Shown here: positions 12,348 through 26,057 of the stretch, piece after piece | Layout: each line of letters begins with the position of its first letter | How positions within the stretch are numbered: the first letter of the stretch is position 1 | From: Podospora anserina | Lineage: Eukaryota | Length of the DNA stretch: 64,000 bases | NCBI GenBank assembly: GCA_017654855.1 | Contig: CM030334.1 | Location: forward strand, 2,666,001 to 2,730,000 | Direction: 5' to 3' | The notes under the pieces: model-generated | The model's input: only the letters and a program-made list of their open reading frames with translations | Told to the model about the DNA's origin: nothing | The model's database searches: none | Made by a program: the position numbers and the translations under genes

Positions 12348-14225
12348 TTAAGCATCGATAAGGTTCTCCTCCTGGGGCGCCTCGGTATCCCTGGTGTCTT
12401 TGGTAGGGGCCTTGTCCTTGCCCTTGCGGTCTGATGGGGTTCTCGAGTAAAACTCGTCAATGATGTCGGCAGGAATACGGTTGAGCATGTCCTTGCGGTA
12501 GATGCGAAGCAAGCTCCACGCGAGGTCAAGAGATTCGAAAATGGTGCGTCCCTCGTACGGGCCCTGGTTGATAAAGGTCCGCTCGAACTTGTCGAGGAAT
12601 TCCAGAGACTTCTTGTCCTCGGGAGACAATGCCTCCTCACCAACGACTGCCTTCATGGCGGCCGCGTCACGACCGATGGCATACTTGGCGTACAGCTGGT
12701 TGGATACATCACCGTGGTCCTTGCGAGTCATGCCCTCACCAATGGCAGACTTCATCAGACGGGACAGCGACGGAAGCACGTTGATAGGAGGGTAAATACC
12801 GCGGTTGTAAAGACCACGGTCGACGAAGATCTGACCCTCGGTAATGTATCCAGTCAAATCAGGAATGGGATGCGTAATGTCGTCGTTGGGCATAGTGAGA
12901 ATGGGGATCTGAGTAATCGAACCGTTGCGGCCTTCGACACGGCCAGCACGTTCGTAGATGGTCGACAAATCGGTATACATGTAACCGGGGAAACCGCGAC
13001 GACCGGGGACTTCTTCACGAGCAGCAGAGACCTCACGAAGAGCATCACAGTAGGCCGAAAGATCGGTGAGAATGACGAGGACGTGCTTCTCGAGTTGGTA
13101 GGCATAGTACTCGGCGGTAGTAAGCGCGAGACGAGGTGTAATGATACGTTCGATACTGCCGTTATTGTTAATAACCAGACCCAAAAACCAGAGTTTGTTG
13201 TTCATTACTTACGTAGGATCGTTGGCAAGGTTGAGGAAGAGGGTGGTGCGCTCCAAACTGCCGTTCTCTTCGAAATCGCGGGTGAAGAAACGAGCAGTTT
13301 CCAAGTTGACACCCATGGCAGCGAAGACGATGGAGAAGTTCTCCTCATGATCGTCATGTACGCCCTTGTTTGTCACACCCTTGCGCTGAACCAGGCCAGC
13401 TTGTCTGCAAATCTGAGCGGCGATCTCGTTGTGGGGAAGACCAGCGGCCGAGAAGATGGGAATCTTTTGGCCACGGGCAATCGAGTTCATGGTATCAATG
13501 GCCGAGATGCCAGTCGAGATCATTTCCTCGGGATACACCTGTTCTCTATTAGCGCATGGCTTTGGTAGGGCATGTAGTGAAGCTTACTCTCGAGTAGGGG
13601 TTGATAGGACTGCCGTTGATGTCCAAGAACTCCTCAGCCAGGACCTTGGGGCCCTTGTCAATGGCACGACCTGAACCATCAAAGATACGACCCAGCATGT
13701 CTTCAGAGACACCGAGCTTCAAGCTCTCTCCGGTCATTTCAACTCTGGTCTGGTTGGAGTTAGCTGCCGCCTATGTATTTCCCAATGCGCTCGGCAGTCT
13801 CACCTTCTTCACATCAATGCCAGAGGTGCCCTCGAAAACCTGCAAGATCGATTAACATATGTGGATCGCTTGTGTTCCGTTTCGGTTGGTATATACCTGC
13901 ACAACGGCGCGGCTTCCTGTAGAGATACCGTCAGTAACAGCATAGGTCCCTGGTATAGCGACAGTGCTTACCGCGAGCCTCCAAGACCTGACCGGAACGC
14001 ACAGTCCCATCGGGAAGAGTCAGGCTGACAATCTCATTGTATCTGGGGAATTTGACCTGGAGGAAGGATCACAGAGTTAGCAGAGATGTGGTGGTGGTAA
14101 GGCGGAAGCAGAAGCGGGAGACCAACATTGTCCAAGATGACGAGGGGTCCGTTGACACCACCGACGGTGTTGTAGCGAAGCCTGGGCGTCACCCGGTAGG
14201 AGGCTGGATCTCTGGGGTCGCTCAT
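12348..14225 (-). CDS. VMA2: V-type H+-ATPase subunit B, ~511 aa; exons 14225-14127, 14056-13972, 13916-13897, 13839-13804, 13749-13588, 13538-13213, 13155-12348
   Basis: Motifs [87 protein letters not shown]. Six GT-AG introns give 1536 nt in frame. Confidence 0.98.
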
Positions 14226-14888
14226 GGTGGTTTTGGAGGTTGTGCAGGGCAAAAACAGGCGCGAGGTATCAATGCGAAAGTCGAGGCCGGCTCGGGAGGC
14301 TGTCTAGAGGGTCGAGAGGCTGGTAAGTGGATTGGCAAGTTGGTTGTGAATGCACGACGATGGAGGAGCTCCAGTGGATGCGGGTAGCCTGAAGACGCAA
14401 GCTCCAAGCTGGACCGTCGGTGATAAGCAGGCCGCCCAGGCCTGTCCCCTGCTGGGCCCCGCACCACATCATGAATCCAGATGGCACAGCCACAACATCC
14501 AAACCAACTGAAAGGCACAGGTATTCGGGACTCGCTCTGCGGCAACAAGCTGCTAGTGAAACGGAGAGATATGGCTTTACGAAAGACAGAAAATAACAGA
14601 TCACATCGCATTACTTCTAGTGCTGCTTCTGCGACACACACCTTGAAGCAAGCACATGCCAGCCACAGTTCCAGATCTCGAACTGTGGCGGTGCCTTGTC
14701 GATGCCGGCCGGCAACTTTGGAACATTTGACAGGGAAGCTCGCGCCTGTGCTCCTGTCATCCAGATTTAAGACCTGATGTCAATTCAGCCTCCAACCCTG
14801 CGTCATCTTTTTATTTTGGTTGCATTTTTCCCGCTTCACATCTCGAAGGCGCGGGCCAGCTTTTCGGGCGCGTAAAACCTAATCCACG

Positions 14889-16472
14889 ATGTCGGCCATC
14901 TACAATCTCGAGCCACAACCGACGGCGTCGGCCATCATCCACACGACTCTCGGCGAAATCTCAATCGAACTGTTTGCGAAACAAACACCATTAACATGCC
15001 GAAACTTCCTTCAGCTAGCACTCGACGGCTACTACGATAACACCATATTCCATCGTCTCATTCCCGGCTTCATTCTCCAAGGTGGTGATCCGACTGGGAC
15101 AGGACATGGAGGAGAATCCATCTACGATGGCGGCGCATACAGCGGTGATCTGGATCCATGGCCAATGGACCAGCGAAGAGGACAGAACGCCGGCCCCGAC
15201 GGCATCAACTTCAAGGATGAGTTCCATTCGCGTCTCAAGTTCAACAGGCGAGGATTGCTAGGCATGGCGAACGAAGGAAAACCGGACACCAATGGCAGCC
15301 AGTTCTTTTTCACTCTCGGCAAGGCTGAAGAGTTGAATGGGAAGAATACCGTGTTTGGGCGCGTGGCGGGCGATACCATCTACAATTTGGCCAAGATTGG
15401 CGAGTCGGAGGTCAATGACGAGCGGCCACTATATCCGATCAAAATCACCCATATCGAGATCCTCATCAACCCTTTCGATGATTTGAAGAAGAGGGAGAAG
15501 AAGCTACGCCAGCAAGTAGCAAAACCAGCTCCCGTGGAGAAGAAGCAGAAAAAGAGAAAACCAGCCAAGCAGTTGTTGAGCTTTGGAGACGAAGAGGGTG
15601 AGGGCGATGACCTGCCAGTTCTCAAGAAGCCAAAGTTCGACACAAGAATTGTCATGGATGTAGACGAGGAACCGGCGCCAAAGACGATGCCGGTCAGATC
15701 TTCAAAGAAGGACTCAAAGCCGACGCACAAGGATGATGTGAAAGTCCGTGTGACAGAAGAGCCACCAAAGAACAGAGCGAGGAGTCCAGATCGTCCGGAG
15801 CCTGTTCCGTCAAAGAAACAACGGCCAAAGGTTGAGGAAAGTGACAGGTCAAGTCCCGAACCGGAAGATGGCAAAAAGAAAACCTTGCTGGAAAGGACTA
15901 ACGAGGAGATTGCTGCCGTCAAGGCTTCGATGAAACGAACAATTTACACCGAACCGGTGCAGGAGAAGAAGAAGTCGGCCTTGGAGGAAATGATACCGGA
16001 GACTGCAGTGCGTGGGAGGAAACGGAGACCGGGCACGCAGTCTGCAAAGGAGGAAGAGGAGGCTTTGGCGCTTTTGCGGTCGTTCAAGTCAAAGCTGGAG
16101 CAAGCACCAGTTGAGAAGTCGACAGCCCAGCCAGCTATCAATTATGATGGTGATGATGAGGAGGGAGAAGGAGAGGTTTGTGATCTTCACTTCATTGCCC
16201 ATTGCCAGAGCTGCGAAGCCTGGGATAAGGAAGAAAAGGAAGAGAGCGATGACGAAGGGTGGATGTCTCATCAGCTCAGCTTTACTGCAGATAAGCTTGG
16301 AAAGGATCTGAGCTATCGCAAAAAGGCGGAAGAGGAGCTGGTTGTTATTGACCCCCTGGCAAAGGCGCAGGCTCTTAAGGAGGGCAAGAAGTCTTCTCGG
16401 GATTCGCGGTCTGGGGGCTCATCTTCAAGGGCCTGGAACCGGGACCGGGAGCGTGACCGGGCAAGAAGATAG
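14889..16472 (+). CDS. CWC27: Spliceosomal cyclophilin CWC27 (527 aa)
   Basis: MSAIYNLEPQPTA start and cyclophilin core (FHRLIPGFILQGGDPTGTG, DEFHSRLKFNRRGLLGMAN, NGSQFF), with Glu at the cyclophilin Trp position and a charged C-terminus containing CDLHFIAHCQSC. Confidence 0.95.
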   Translation: MSAIYNLEPQPTASAIIHTTLGEISIELFAKQTPLTCRNFLQLALDGYYDNTIFHRLIPGFILQGGDPTGTGHGGESIYDGGAYSGDLDPWPMDQRRGQNAGPDGINFKDEFHSRLKFNRRGLLGMANEGKPDTNGSQFFFTLGKAEELNGKNTVFGRVAGDTIYNLAKIGESEVNDERPLYPIKITHIEILINPFDDLKKREKKLRQQVAKPAPVEKKQKKRKPAKQLLSFGDEEGEGDDLPVLKKPKFDTRIVMDVDEEPAPKTMPVRSSKKDSKPTHKDDVKVRVTEEPPKNRARSPDRPEPVPSKKQRPKVEESDRSSPEPEDGKKKTLLERTNEEIAAVKASMKRTIYTEPVQEKKKSALEEMIPETAVRGRKRRPGTQSAKEEEEALALLRSFKSKLEQAPVEKSTAQPAINYDGDDEEGEGEVCDLHFIAHCQSCEAWDKEEKEESDDEGWMSHQLSFTADKLGKDLSYRKKAEEELVVIDPLAKAQALKEGKKSSRDSRSGGSSSRAWNRDRERDRARR

Positions 16473-18137
16473 TAGAAGGAGCAGTCGCTATCTGACTTAT
16501 GATACAATTGCATTGTTCTTGCAAGTAGAGGAAGCCAAGCATAAGAGAGACTGACCACCAGTCGAATGGTAACCATTAAGAGATACCCACTTTCTATTGT
16601 GTAATATCTCCTGTCACCTTCCTCCATTGTTCAGTGCAAAGGTAGTGATGCCCAAGTCCCGTCCCATGTGTCCCCATGGTGCCATGCCTGTCCGGAACAA
16701 CAGCTCCGCGAGCCCCGGCCTCAATGGGGGTTTTATATGGGTCTTCATGTCATGGTGGCGTGCTCATTCTCCATGCGAACTCACATCTGCTGTTGTTCCT
16801 AGCCCAAGAACTGCTCAGACATGGCCTTTTGTCTTGTTGTTTTCGAGACCGAGAAGGGAAACTGGCTTGGTCCCACTTGAACGGTCTTACAACTGCAACT
16901 CATCTCTTGGCATTCAATCCAAGGTGTTCTACGATCCGTATCGACAGTGAGGCCAGAAGTTTCCTGACAGCTCCCCAGGTATGCACGGCTGCACCACTGA
17001 CAGGCATTAAGGCCACAACTTCAGACTACGCATAGTACCTCATAACGGCGCTGTCAAACTTAATTGTCACTAACGTCTTTGGAGAGAAAGTGTCCAAAGC
17101 CTCACTGCCGCTGCCACCGCCTTGAGGTCCTCCTTCCAAACGCCCAGAAAAAAAGAAGCTGTCTTGGGTGACAGGCTGGGACATCGACCCCGCGTGTGGA
17201 GACAGGACGTTATCTGTGCCACCGCTGATTGGTTCGGCAAGCGAGAAAATCGGTGTGTTGATCGCGATCGCACCGGCAAAGCCCACTTCATATGACGGGC
17301 AAGTGAGCCTTCATCACCAGCAAGTGGCCTTACATCGTGTCAAATTTATCTAGCAAAGCCCAAACCTTCCCACTCGATCCTCTGCCGCTCTGCGCCCTGA
17401 GCATACGACCCCAGTGAGCTCCTCTCCAAACTTTTTCTTGTGAGCCCTCTCAGCGACGTCTTTGAGGCACCCAGACGTGACCAGAAATCAAGCAGCGCGG
17501 AAGCCGGCGACTGAGACCCCGACGCAAGCCATTGTTCAGCAGGAACCCTGCCTTCGAGGCTTCAGCATCTACCACACAACGACGCCCATTGACATATCGC
17601 GACACCGCCGAGACACCTCACAAGCCCTATTCAGAACCCGGCGCCGAGCCAGACATCTATCTTCTCCGCTTTTGCGACACTCTCGCAGGCCTGACACACA
17701 CACATTGGCATTGATATCGCGCCGCGGAACAATAACAGACCCGCGCGTGGATCAGGTGCCTGGACCGCCTCTGCCTTTGAGCAAGCTGTTCTCCGCTTCG
17801 CAGTATATAACAGATTGAGTTGAATAGAGTTTTCTCTCGCTTGTCTTCCCTCCGACTAGATCCATCTCCCTCTGTGTGCTGAGCTCGCTGGTTTCATCAG
17901 AAAATCGACCGGATTCAGCAGTGCTTCAAACCGCCCACAATAAGGAAGACTACAGCCTTGGCCTCAACTTCTTGACGGCCTTTTGCGAGAAAAAAAAGTC
18001 ACCGAGGGCTGCAGCCACCACGCCGGCAAACAAACTTAGGGCGAGCCTAGCCTAACGGTCAAGAACCGCCATCTGCTATATCGAGGGGTGTCAAGCAAAC
18101 CCCAATCGGCTGGGCGCGCGCTCGCCTTCACAGTGTT

Positions 18138-20542
18138 ATGTCTTCGCCGAACAACCCGAGAAAACGACCGGCCCCTGGCGCCTCTTCGATGATCCCGATC
18201 CCCCCAGTACAGCAGACATTTTCGCCTGTCCAGACGGATCGGTTGTTTGGGTGGAACGGAACAATGGATGGAAACGGCTTCGTCGACTCGCCAACGACAA
18301 ACGTCAATCAGTTCATGATGCCGACATCAGGCGCCTTTGCGCAACCAATTGCGGCGCCTTCAAACGCTCTGGCCCGCCGAGGGAACAGTCGTGCTCTTGT
18401 CCATTCGGGCAACAGAGGCCACTTTGATCAGGTGGGGGAGCCGTGGGCGAACGGGTTTGCCGAGGATGCTCGGTATCTTCAGACGAATTCGTCTGTAGAC
18501 GAGCATGATAACATCGAGCTGCTAGAGGAGAAGGCTGCTCAGGCGAAGAGGGAAGCGCAAGCCAAAAGGAAACAGATCCCCCCGTTTGTTCAGAAGCTGA
18601 GCAGGTAAGCGGGCCCTTTCACCACTTTGTTCACGTTGCAAATTGCTAATCTTTCGATAGCTTTCTCGATGAGTCTAGGAACACCGACCTGATCCGCTGG
18701 TCCGACAAAGGCGATTCATTTATCGTCTTAGACGAAGATGAGTTTGCCAAAACGCTCATCCCCGAACTCTTCAAGCATAACAATTATGCTTCGTTTGTGC
18801 GACAGCTCAACATGTATGGGTTCCATAAGCGGGTCGGGCTGTCCGACAACTCGATGAAAGCGAGCGAGCGGAAAAACAAGAGTCCTAGCGAGTACTCAAA
18901 CCCGTATTTCCGACGCGGGCATCCGAACCTGCTTTGGCTGATCAACAAGCCAAAGGGTGGCAGCAGTAAAAAGAAGATCAAGAAGGAGGACGGAGAGGCG
19001 GAGAGCGAGGAGGACAACAATACCGAAGAAGCGTACGGTGTTCCAAACCATGGAGCGTCACAGGGCGGCAGGGCCTCCGTTTCTCACGAAGTCGGTCCGC
19101 TCCAGAAAAAGGATCTGATACAAGTAAAGAATCAGATAGACAGGATCCAGCAGCAGCAACTCGCGATTTCGGGCATGCTCAACAAGATACGGCAAGATCA
19201 CAATTCGCTCTATCAGCAGGCGGTCATGTTTCAAACCATGCACGAGCGGCACGAGAACTCCATCAATGCCATTCTCAACTTCTTGGCCAATGTCTTTCGA
19301 AAGTCGTTGGAGGAGCAGGGTGGGGTTCAGAGCGTCCAAGATCTTTTGGCCAGCATCATTCCCAATGCTCAAGGTCACGGCTCCACAAACATGGCCACGG
19401 GAGGCGTGGTGGACTTGGGCGGCTTCGTCAACCAACGGGCTCCCAACGTTGCTGGGTCGGCGACGCCAAAACGTGCGCAGCGTCTCTTGCCTCCTGTCCC
19501 ACATCACCAAGCAAACAAGACCGTGGTGACATCCCTGTCTCCGTCCCCAACACCCTCGCCGGCGCCCCAGACTTCGTACAACACTCGCATGTCTGGGACT
19601 GTCACCGAGGTGTTTGATACCTCGCCGGCTGACACCACCTCGACCTCTGCCTATATGCAGAAGGAGCTCCAGGACAATCCACATGAGGGCATGATGAAGA
19701 TCATCCAGGACACCAACGCCGTCAACGTCAACAGCACTGGCATCGACCTCCCCAACGTCGCCGCCACCACCCCGGTCACAGGCATGAGCAACGAGAACCG
19801 CAACAAGATGCTGAGCATCATGAACAATGGCTCTGCTGCGACAACCCCGGCCGCGTCCATGAACGGCGGCGGTATCCCATCTGTCTCTAGTCCCGGCGGT
19901 GTTTCCTTGCCCGCTGCCAGCCCACAGACCACAGCCGGTTTATCGCTTTCTCCCATCCTCGCCTCGATGCCTATTCCCCCGCCGCTGCAACCACTCCAGG
20001 CGACGCAGCAAGAAATCGACGCGCTTCAACGCCTTCAAGCTCAACAGGCTTCTCAGCTTGAGAACCTGACCCAGTTCCTCGGTCCGCTCAGCCCCTCTGG
20101 CCGGATTCCCGGTATGGACGAGAACGGCAACGTCAACACTAGTTATTTTGACTCTGTCGATTTTGACCAGTTTGTTGATAACAATGCCTTTGCTAACCAG
20201 ACCGGCTTTGGAGACAATGAGTTCAATGGGTTCAACGCGGGTGGTCATCCGGATGAGTTTAACTTTTCGCTGGATGCTCCTGGTAGTGGGGCAGAGTTTG
20301 GGGGTGGTGGTGTTGCGGGTGCGGATAATGGGATGTTGGGTGGTGGTGGGGGTGCTGGGCTGGGGATCAATGGGCAGGATGGCTTGTTGGATACGGGGAG
20401 GGTGTTTGAGACTACTTCGGCTACTAATAGCCCTAGTCCAGCCGGGACGGAGGAGATTACGAGGAGTGAGATTGGGGGGGTTGGGAACGGGGTGGTGACG
20501 GATAGTCCGGAGAGGGATCCGAAGAGGAGGAGGAGGGGGTAG
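18138..20542 (+). CDS. HSF1: Heat shock transcription factor, ~782 aa; exons 18138-18604, 18661-20542
   Basis: HSF DNA-binding domain IPPFVQKLSS|FLDE...LIRWS...FKHNNYASFVRQLNMYGFHK, followed by an HR-A/B coiled coil (...HERHENSINAILNFLA) and a C-terminal basic NLS (PKRRRRG). Confidence 0.93.
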
Positions 20543-21360
20543 AATCACTCTTACATTTCGTCGGAGGATCATGAGGAGGAAGGGATGGGGGGTGGGTTTG
20601 GAGGGGATGTGTTTGGGGGACTTTATTTTTGAGGCCATACGACAAGGGGTGTAGGCTGGTGAGGGAGTTGGACTTGAGGGTGTCGACTTTGCTAACCTAC
20701 CAGGTGTTGTTAAGGGGGGGTTGCAGACAAGTCATAGATAGACTTGTCAAGGGACGTAGCCACATTGATCCCGACGGTACAGGCCCAACATAAACAAAAA
20801 CAAAACAAACACAGAAAAAACAAAACTCTGGTGGAAGGATACGTGGAGGAGTAGTGTTTTTCGGATTAGGGATTAGGGGTAGGTTAAGGTTAAGTATGGT
20901 AAAGGGGGGGTTATGGCGCTGAGGGGCACGGAATCATTACGCCAACCAGCACCTCACCTTACCTACTCACACAATCATTGGGAAGGAATGGAGGTGGTTG
21001 GTTGGTTGGGATGATGATGATAATTTCTGGGGTTGGTTGGGGTGGCTTTCTATTGTGTTTTATCCTTGCTTTTTTTTTTTTATGGTTAGCAGTTTTAGAT
21101 ATCCTCCTATGGTTTTTTTATATTTCTTTTTTTTTTGCCTTTTTTAAAAACCTACCTTACTCACTCTCCTACTCGGTTGTTTGGTTTGCTTGGTTTGTTA
21201 ATTTTTTGGTCTCTTTACATAACACTTTACATTTGCATAAAATGGGGATGGGGATGGGGATTGGATGGGGATGATGGGAAAAGTGAGTATGACTTTATGA
21301 AATAGCTCAATAAAGATGGCCTGGTGAGATGAGAGTAAAAAAGGGAATTAGAGGTGTGGA

Positions 21361-21387
21361 GTATGTGTGTATGTGTGTATGTGTGTA
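21361..21387. repeat. (GTATGTGT)n microsatellite
   Basis: gtatgtgt x3 + gta, read directly. Confidence 0.85.
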
Positions 21388-22336
21388 CGAGCAAACCGAG
21401 AGAGACAACATTGGGCGAGTTGGCTGGTGATCGCTTCACTCTGTATATGTGCCCATATGTGCTACTTTGCATCTAAACACTGATAAAATCGGATGGATGT
21501 CTGGTGTTGGGATATCACCACCTTAAAATCATCTTATTCTCCTCCATCAAATTCCATCCAACTAATCCTTCATCATCATCATCACCAACCTTGTTGCTGG
21601 TGGCGTTGTTTAACTATAGGTACATATACATCCAAACCCCCCCCCCCCCTCCTTCATTTCCCCCGAAGCTGACAGAAGAAATCATCGTCAGATGCAAAAC
21701 ATACGGGGTATTCCCGTCCATTTCAGGACATCAAACAAATCCATCATGATCCCAACCGTTTATATAACACCATGTCATCAGAAACATGACCCCCTCCCCC
21801 TCTTTCAAGTTTCAACGCCTTCCAAATCACCCCAATAATAAACTCTCTGGGTCACCACGCCGAGTGGCCCATAGGGACGTCAGTTAGTCCATCTAGAGCT
21901 CCCATCGCTCATTTGGGCTATAATACTACCCCCGCCATTGAAGCGATGTATTTGGTCAGTGGCTAGAGTAGAGCGCAATATAAAGGCTTCTTCATTCCCA
22001 GTAATCTGGGTTCAGGCCCTTGCGCATGGTGTACTGGGGCCTCAAGGTCCTTTTATTCTTTCGTCGTTGTCAAAGCGCTGTGGGACTCTTTTTTTTATCC
22101 GAGAGCTGTCTCTTCCGAACGTCAGACGGTTGTCTTCGTAAATATCTCGTTGAGCAACGGTGACGGCGTCTTAGTCAAGGTGTAACTTATTTGACGCAAA
22201 AAATTCGTGTGATACAACCGAAAAGAAAGAGCGCGACGCGAGTTCGATCCAGAGGGCGATGGAGAGGTTGAATCCGGCGGTTCGTCGCTCTTCGTTTGGT
22301 GCTTCCCGTTTCCAGCCATCCATCTGCTGTCGGCCG

Positions 22337-23684
22337 TTATTCGATCAGCATCTTCTTCATCCCTCCAACTTCGCACAGCCCCAGGTACCGAATGGCCTCC
22401 CTATCGTGTGCCAAGATGATCGTTCGATCCGGCAGCTTTGGGTTATTTGGGTCAACATGTGAGGCATCTTTCGCTGCTTGCTCAATAGCATCCATTTCCT
22501 CCTTGCAAGCCTGTTGGTCCATTGGACAAATCACAATTGGTTGCCGTAATGTGATATCGCGGGCAGATGTTAGATGTGCCTAGCAAAAAGGTTAGACAAG
22601 ACCCACTGAAAATTCCATGTGCGCGCACCCACCTTGATCGTCAAAAAGAATTCAATTTTGTACAGTATCGACGTCGTCGTAAAGCTGGTGACCTCATATA
22701 GCGGAAATCCCGGCTTGCCCCTTTTCACAATACCCTCCGAATCCCTAAGGTCTCGCGCAGGAAACACGAGCCCCAAGTTGGTAACATATCCAGTTTCCGG
22801 GATCTTGGTCCCTACCTGCTGCGTGTGTTTGGCGATTTTGCTGACCTTCTTCGTTGGCTCGTCTCCTTCCGGGTTGAACGTGATCTCCTCCTCGATGGCC
22901 AGCGTGATCTTTTGTATCGTCACCTTCCGCGCCTTGTTCAGCCAGTCCGGATTTGGCGCGAGCTTAATGTACACCGTTATGGGATCTAATGGCCCATAAC
23001 TCCACTTTGGCAGCGAAATCCCCAACGTCACAATGTTGTCCGCCGTCACCACCTTGCTTTCTGGGCGGTTGTACATGCCGAATGTGGAGAGGGTGTCGTA
23101 TCGTTGAAGAGGTATTGGGAATGCGTATCGGTTTTGCATGCTCGAGCCTTGTTGGACTGTGACCACCAGCTCATAGTAGGTTTCGGCGATTCGGCTGGCT
23201 AGTTGGATGCTTGCTGGAGGAATGCGGCGGTTTACTTCTTCGCCGCCCCGTCCGAAAGGGATGAATATTTGGAACGGCAGATCCATCGCAATCACGCTCT
23301 CGGCCTCTTTTCCCGACACGCACCGGAACAGCAGCACTTCCTTCCCTACTAAATCGACCGTCTCTCGTCTCGGGGTGCCCAGATGCCTCCGCGCCATGTT
23401 TTCCGCCGCTGGATGTATCGTTTCTCGTCGCTGTAAGCATATGCGAACCATGGATATTTGCACTGGCGCTGTATAGCCTGCACCCGGCCGAATTTCGACT
23501 TTGCCTACTATCCTGGGCTACACGATGTTAGCAATGCGCCCTGTCGATTCAACTTGCATACGAATACCAAAAGCTAGGAAGAGGAAGGGGAGCGCACCAG
23601 TGTCGCCGAGATGCCCGGGTAGCCGACCAGAAAGCTGCTGTTTGGAGGCCCGGATATCCTCACAGTCGCAGCTGTATTATTCAT
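22337..23684 (-). CDS. Arrestin-like protein (~404 aa); exons 23684-23598, 23517-22633, 22579-22337
   Basis: Spliced MNNTAATVRISGPPNSSFLVGYPGISATL|PRIVGKVEIRP..., DLPFQIFIP, PPASIQL, ETYYELVVTV and SFTTTSILYKIEFFLTIK give an arrestin-type beta-sandwich pattern. The frame is kept across both introns. Confidence 0.8.
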
Positions 23685-25483
23685 CTTGCTGGTGGGTGAG
23701 GCGCCCGCACCGGTTCCAATTAAACTTTACCGTTATTATCGTTTATTGTCGTTCAGGCAAGCCGCGGCGGCCTTCGCCGATCATCAATAACAGGACCGTC
23801 CCGCAGACGTCGGCTTGAAGCGATGGGATCGGGCGTGAGGGCTGTCCGAGGTGAGGGGCTCGTCTGGGGTGTCGCCGGCGCTGTATCGATAAGCTGGGTG
23901 AGGTTGCGACAACCATGGACATCACCTTCGGCGTCCGCCGCAGCGAGGCACACTGTACTGGAGTCGAGGTCTTCTTTCGTCGCGTGTGTCGGTGCTGCTG
24001 GGAAATGGGCGAAGGGGGGTTTCCAAGGTGGGTGGAGGATCTCTTGCAAGACGCAAGCAACGACGGGTTGGATACGAATGGAGTACGAATGGAGGCTGCT
24101 GTGTTGCAGGCTTATTTTTTAGCAGTCGTTGGGGGGGTGTGAGAGGGGAGGAGGGGGCCAAATGAAAAGACCCCTCGAGCCGCCGTGTGTCTTTGTGTCG
24201 TCGAGCTCGGCCGCTCAGGTGCGTTGGTGACTTGGGTGCTGTCTGCGCCGAGATTGTAGCCCGGCGTGTTCCTGCGGGTTCCTTGCCTTTCAGTGGACTC
24301 TGCGGCTGGGCGATCTCACAGCGGGATACCGACCCCGGAGTTTACAATGCGACAACCTAGTGATACCCACCTTGCAACCAAGGCCGAAAGGGAAATGGGA
24401 ATTCCTTTCAGGTTTCTTGAGGGGGAGCAACTTAGGTATGAAGGTAGGTCCTTTTCCAAAAGCCACTAGTACCAAGGCCCGCCTTAAACTTCCAGCGGTC
24501 GGCAGCTATAGTCACGGTCCTATAAATTAAGGAGGGAAGGCTCCGTGTGAGGCAAAGCTGCTAGGTCCGAGATGTGAGGTTTCGAGATCTCTAACAGAAG
24601 CCAGCGGCAGCGGGACAGGTGGAGTAGGGGGAACAAAGACACAGCGACCCAGCGCCCCGGGCAGAGACGACGACAGTCTCAGCGGGCTTGCTTTGCCTGC
24701 AGGAGGTGAGACGGCTGAACTGCTGGGCCAGCGGGATGATAATAGGAAAAAGGTGAGAGAGACTGAGAGAGGCAGCCTTGCGATGTCGAAATCTGAATGC
24801 CTGCCTGCCCTGTCTGTGCGAGTGGCCCAGCTACGAAGTAGAAGAGCCAAGTCCAAGTCCAAGCTCAGGGCTGCCGAGAGGTGGGAACCGAAGTGGATCG
24901 TGGTTCCTCACAGCAACTTACAAAACACATACACTATCAGAAATCATGACTTGCGGCGGGCGGACGGATCCTCATCAGTGGTTCCTGCAGGACTAGACTC
25001 ATTTTGCTGACCGATGTGTTGGTCCAAAAGCAACCATCTTGGCTCCAGCCAACGTTGGGAGTTTCGGGCTTCTCTCTAACCATCGAAGTGCGGGGCACGT
25101 GTGATGACCGTTGTAAACTTGTGAGACGGTTTAAGCTAATGTCGAGGTGCCGGTACACCAAGCCAAATGATAAGTGACACGAGCCTGGTAGATACCATCC
25201 AGAACATAAACAAACAAACAACACCAGGAAGGCTTAGACATTCGATTGCTCTCCAAGTCAAAATGTGGTGTCGTCATGTCCATGTCGAGAACACCAACAT
25301 GAACATGAAACAAGATGGTGGTCATAGCTCCCCAAGGCATGTGGCTTCCGCCCGCCAAGCTTTTCTGATAGAAGGGCCCCTGTTCAGACGACCGACGTCA
25401 ACACGGGCCCAGACCCGTTCACTGCTTTTTGTCACAACACACCTCCGCAAGCACAACACTTGATCGATTCTACCACACCTACC

Positions 25484-26057
25484 ATGTCAGTAACGCTCCA
25501 CACGACTCTTGGGGACCTCAAAATTGAGGTGTTTTGCGAGGCCGTCCCCAAGACTGCAGAGGTATGTTTTGTCTAATATGTCCTTTGCGCCTTCGCTCCC
25601 ACTAAACATTTCGTAGAACTTCCTCGCCCTCTGCGCCTCGAACTATTACAGCAACTCTCCCCTCCACCGAATAATTCCGTCCTTCATGTTCCAGACCGGC
25701 GCGCCCGCTGTTCCATCACCTCCAGATAACCCGAAGGGCGGCCGATCGATATACGGGATAACCTTCGAAGACGAGATCCGACCAACACTTAAACACCACG
25801 AAAGAGGAGTCGTGAGTATGGCGAATAAAGGGCCTAACACCAACGGCAGTCAATTCTTCATATGTTTCGCCCCCGCGCCACATTTGGACGGGTTGAACAC
25901 GGTGTTTGGGAAGCTGATTGGAGACGAGAGTCTGGCTACCTTGGCCAAGATTGAACAGCTGGAGGTGGACAAGAAGGGCAGACCGGTCAAGAAGGACGGA
26001 GAAGAGACACCGAGGATTGAGAGAGTAACGTTACATGCGAATCCACTGGCCAAGTGA
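25484..26057 (+). CDS. CYP10: Peptidyl-prolyl cis-trans isomerase-like 3 (cyclophilin Cyp10/PPIL3); exons 25484-25561, 25617-26057
   Basis: Motifs MSVTLHTTLGDLKIEVFCEAVPKTAE|NFLALCAS, RGVVSMANKGPNTNGSQFFI, APHLD and the C-terminal HANPLA. Confidence 0.93.

Noticed and set aside
11539-12361. Overlapping 192- and 165-aa ORFs between the mutarotase and VMA2
   Set aside because: Non-ATG starts, no codon bias or motifs, and overlap with the VMA2 3' region.
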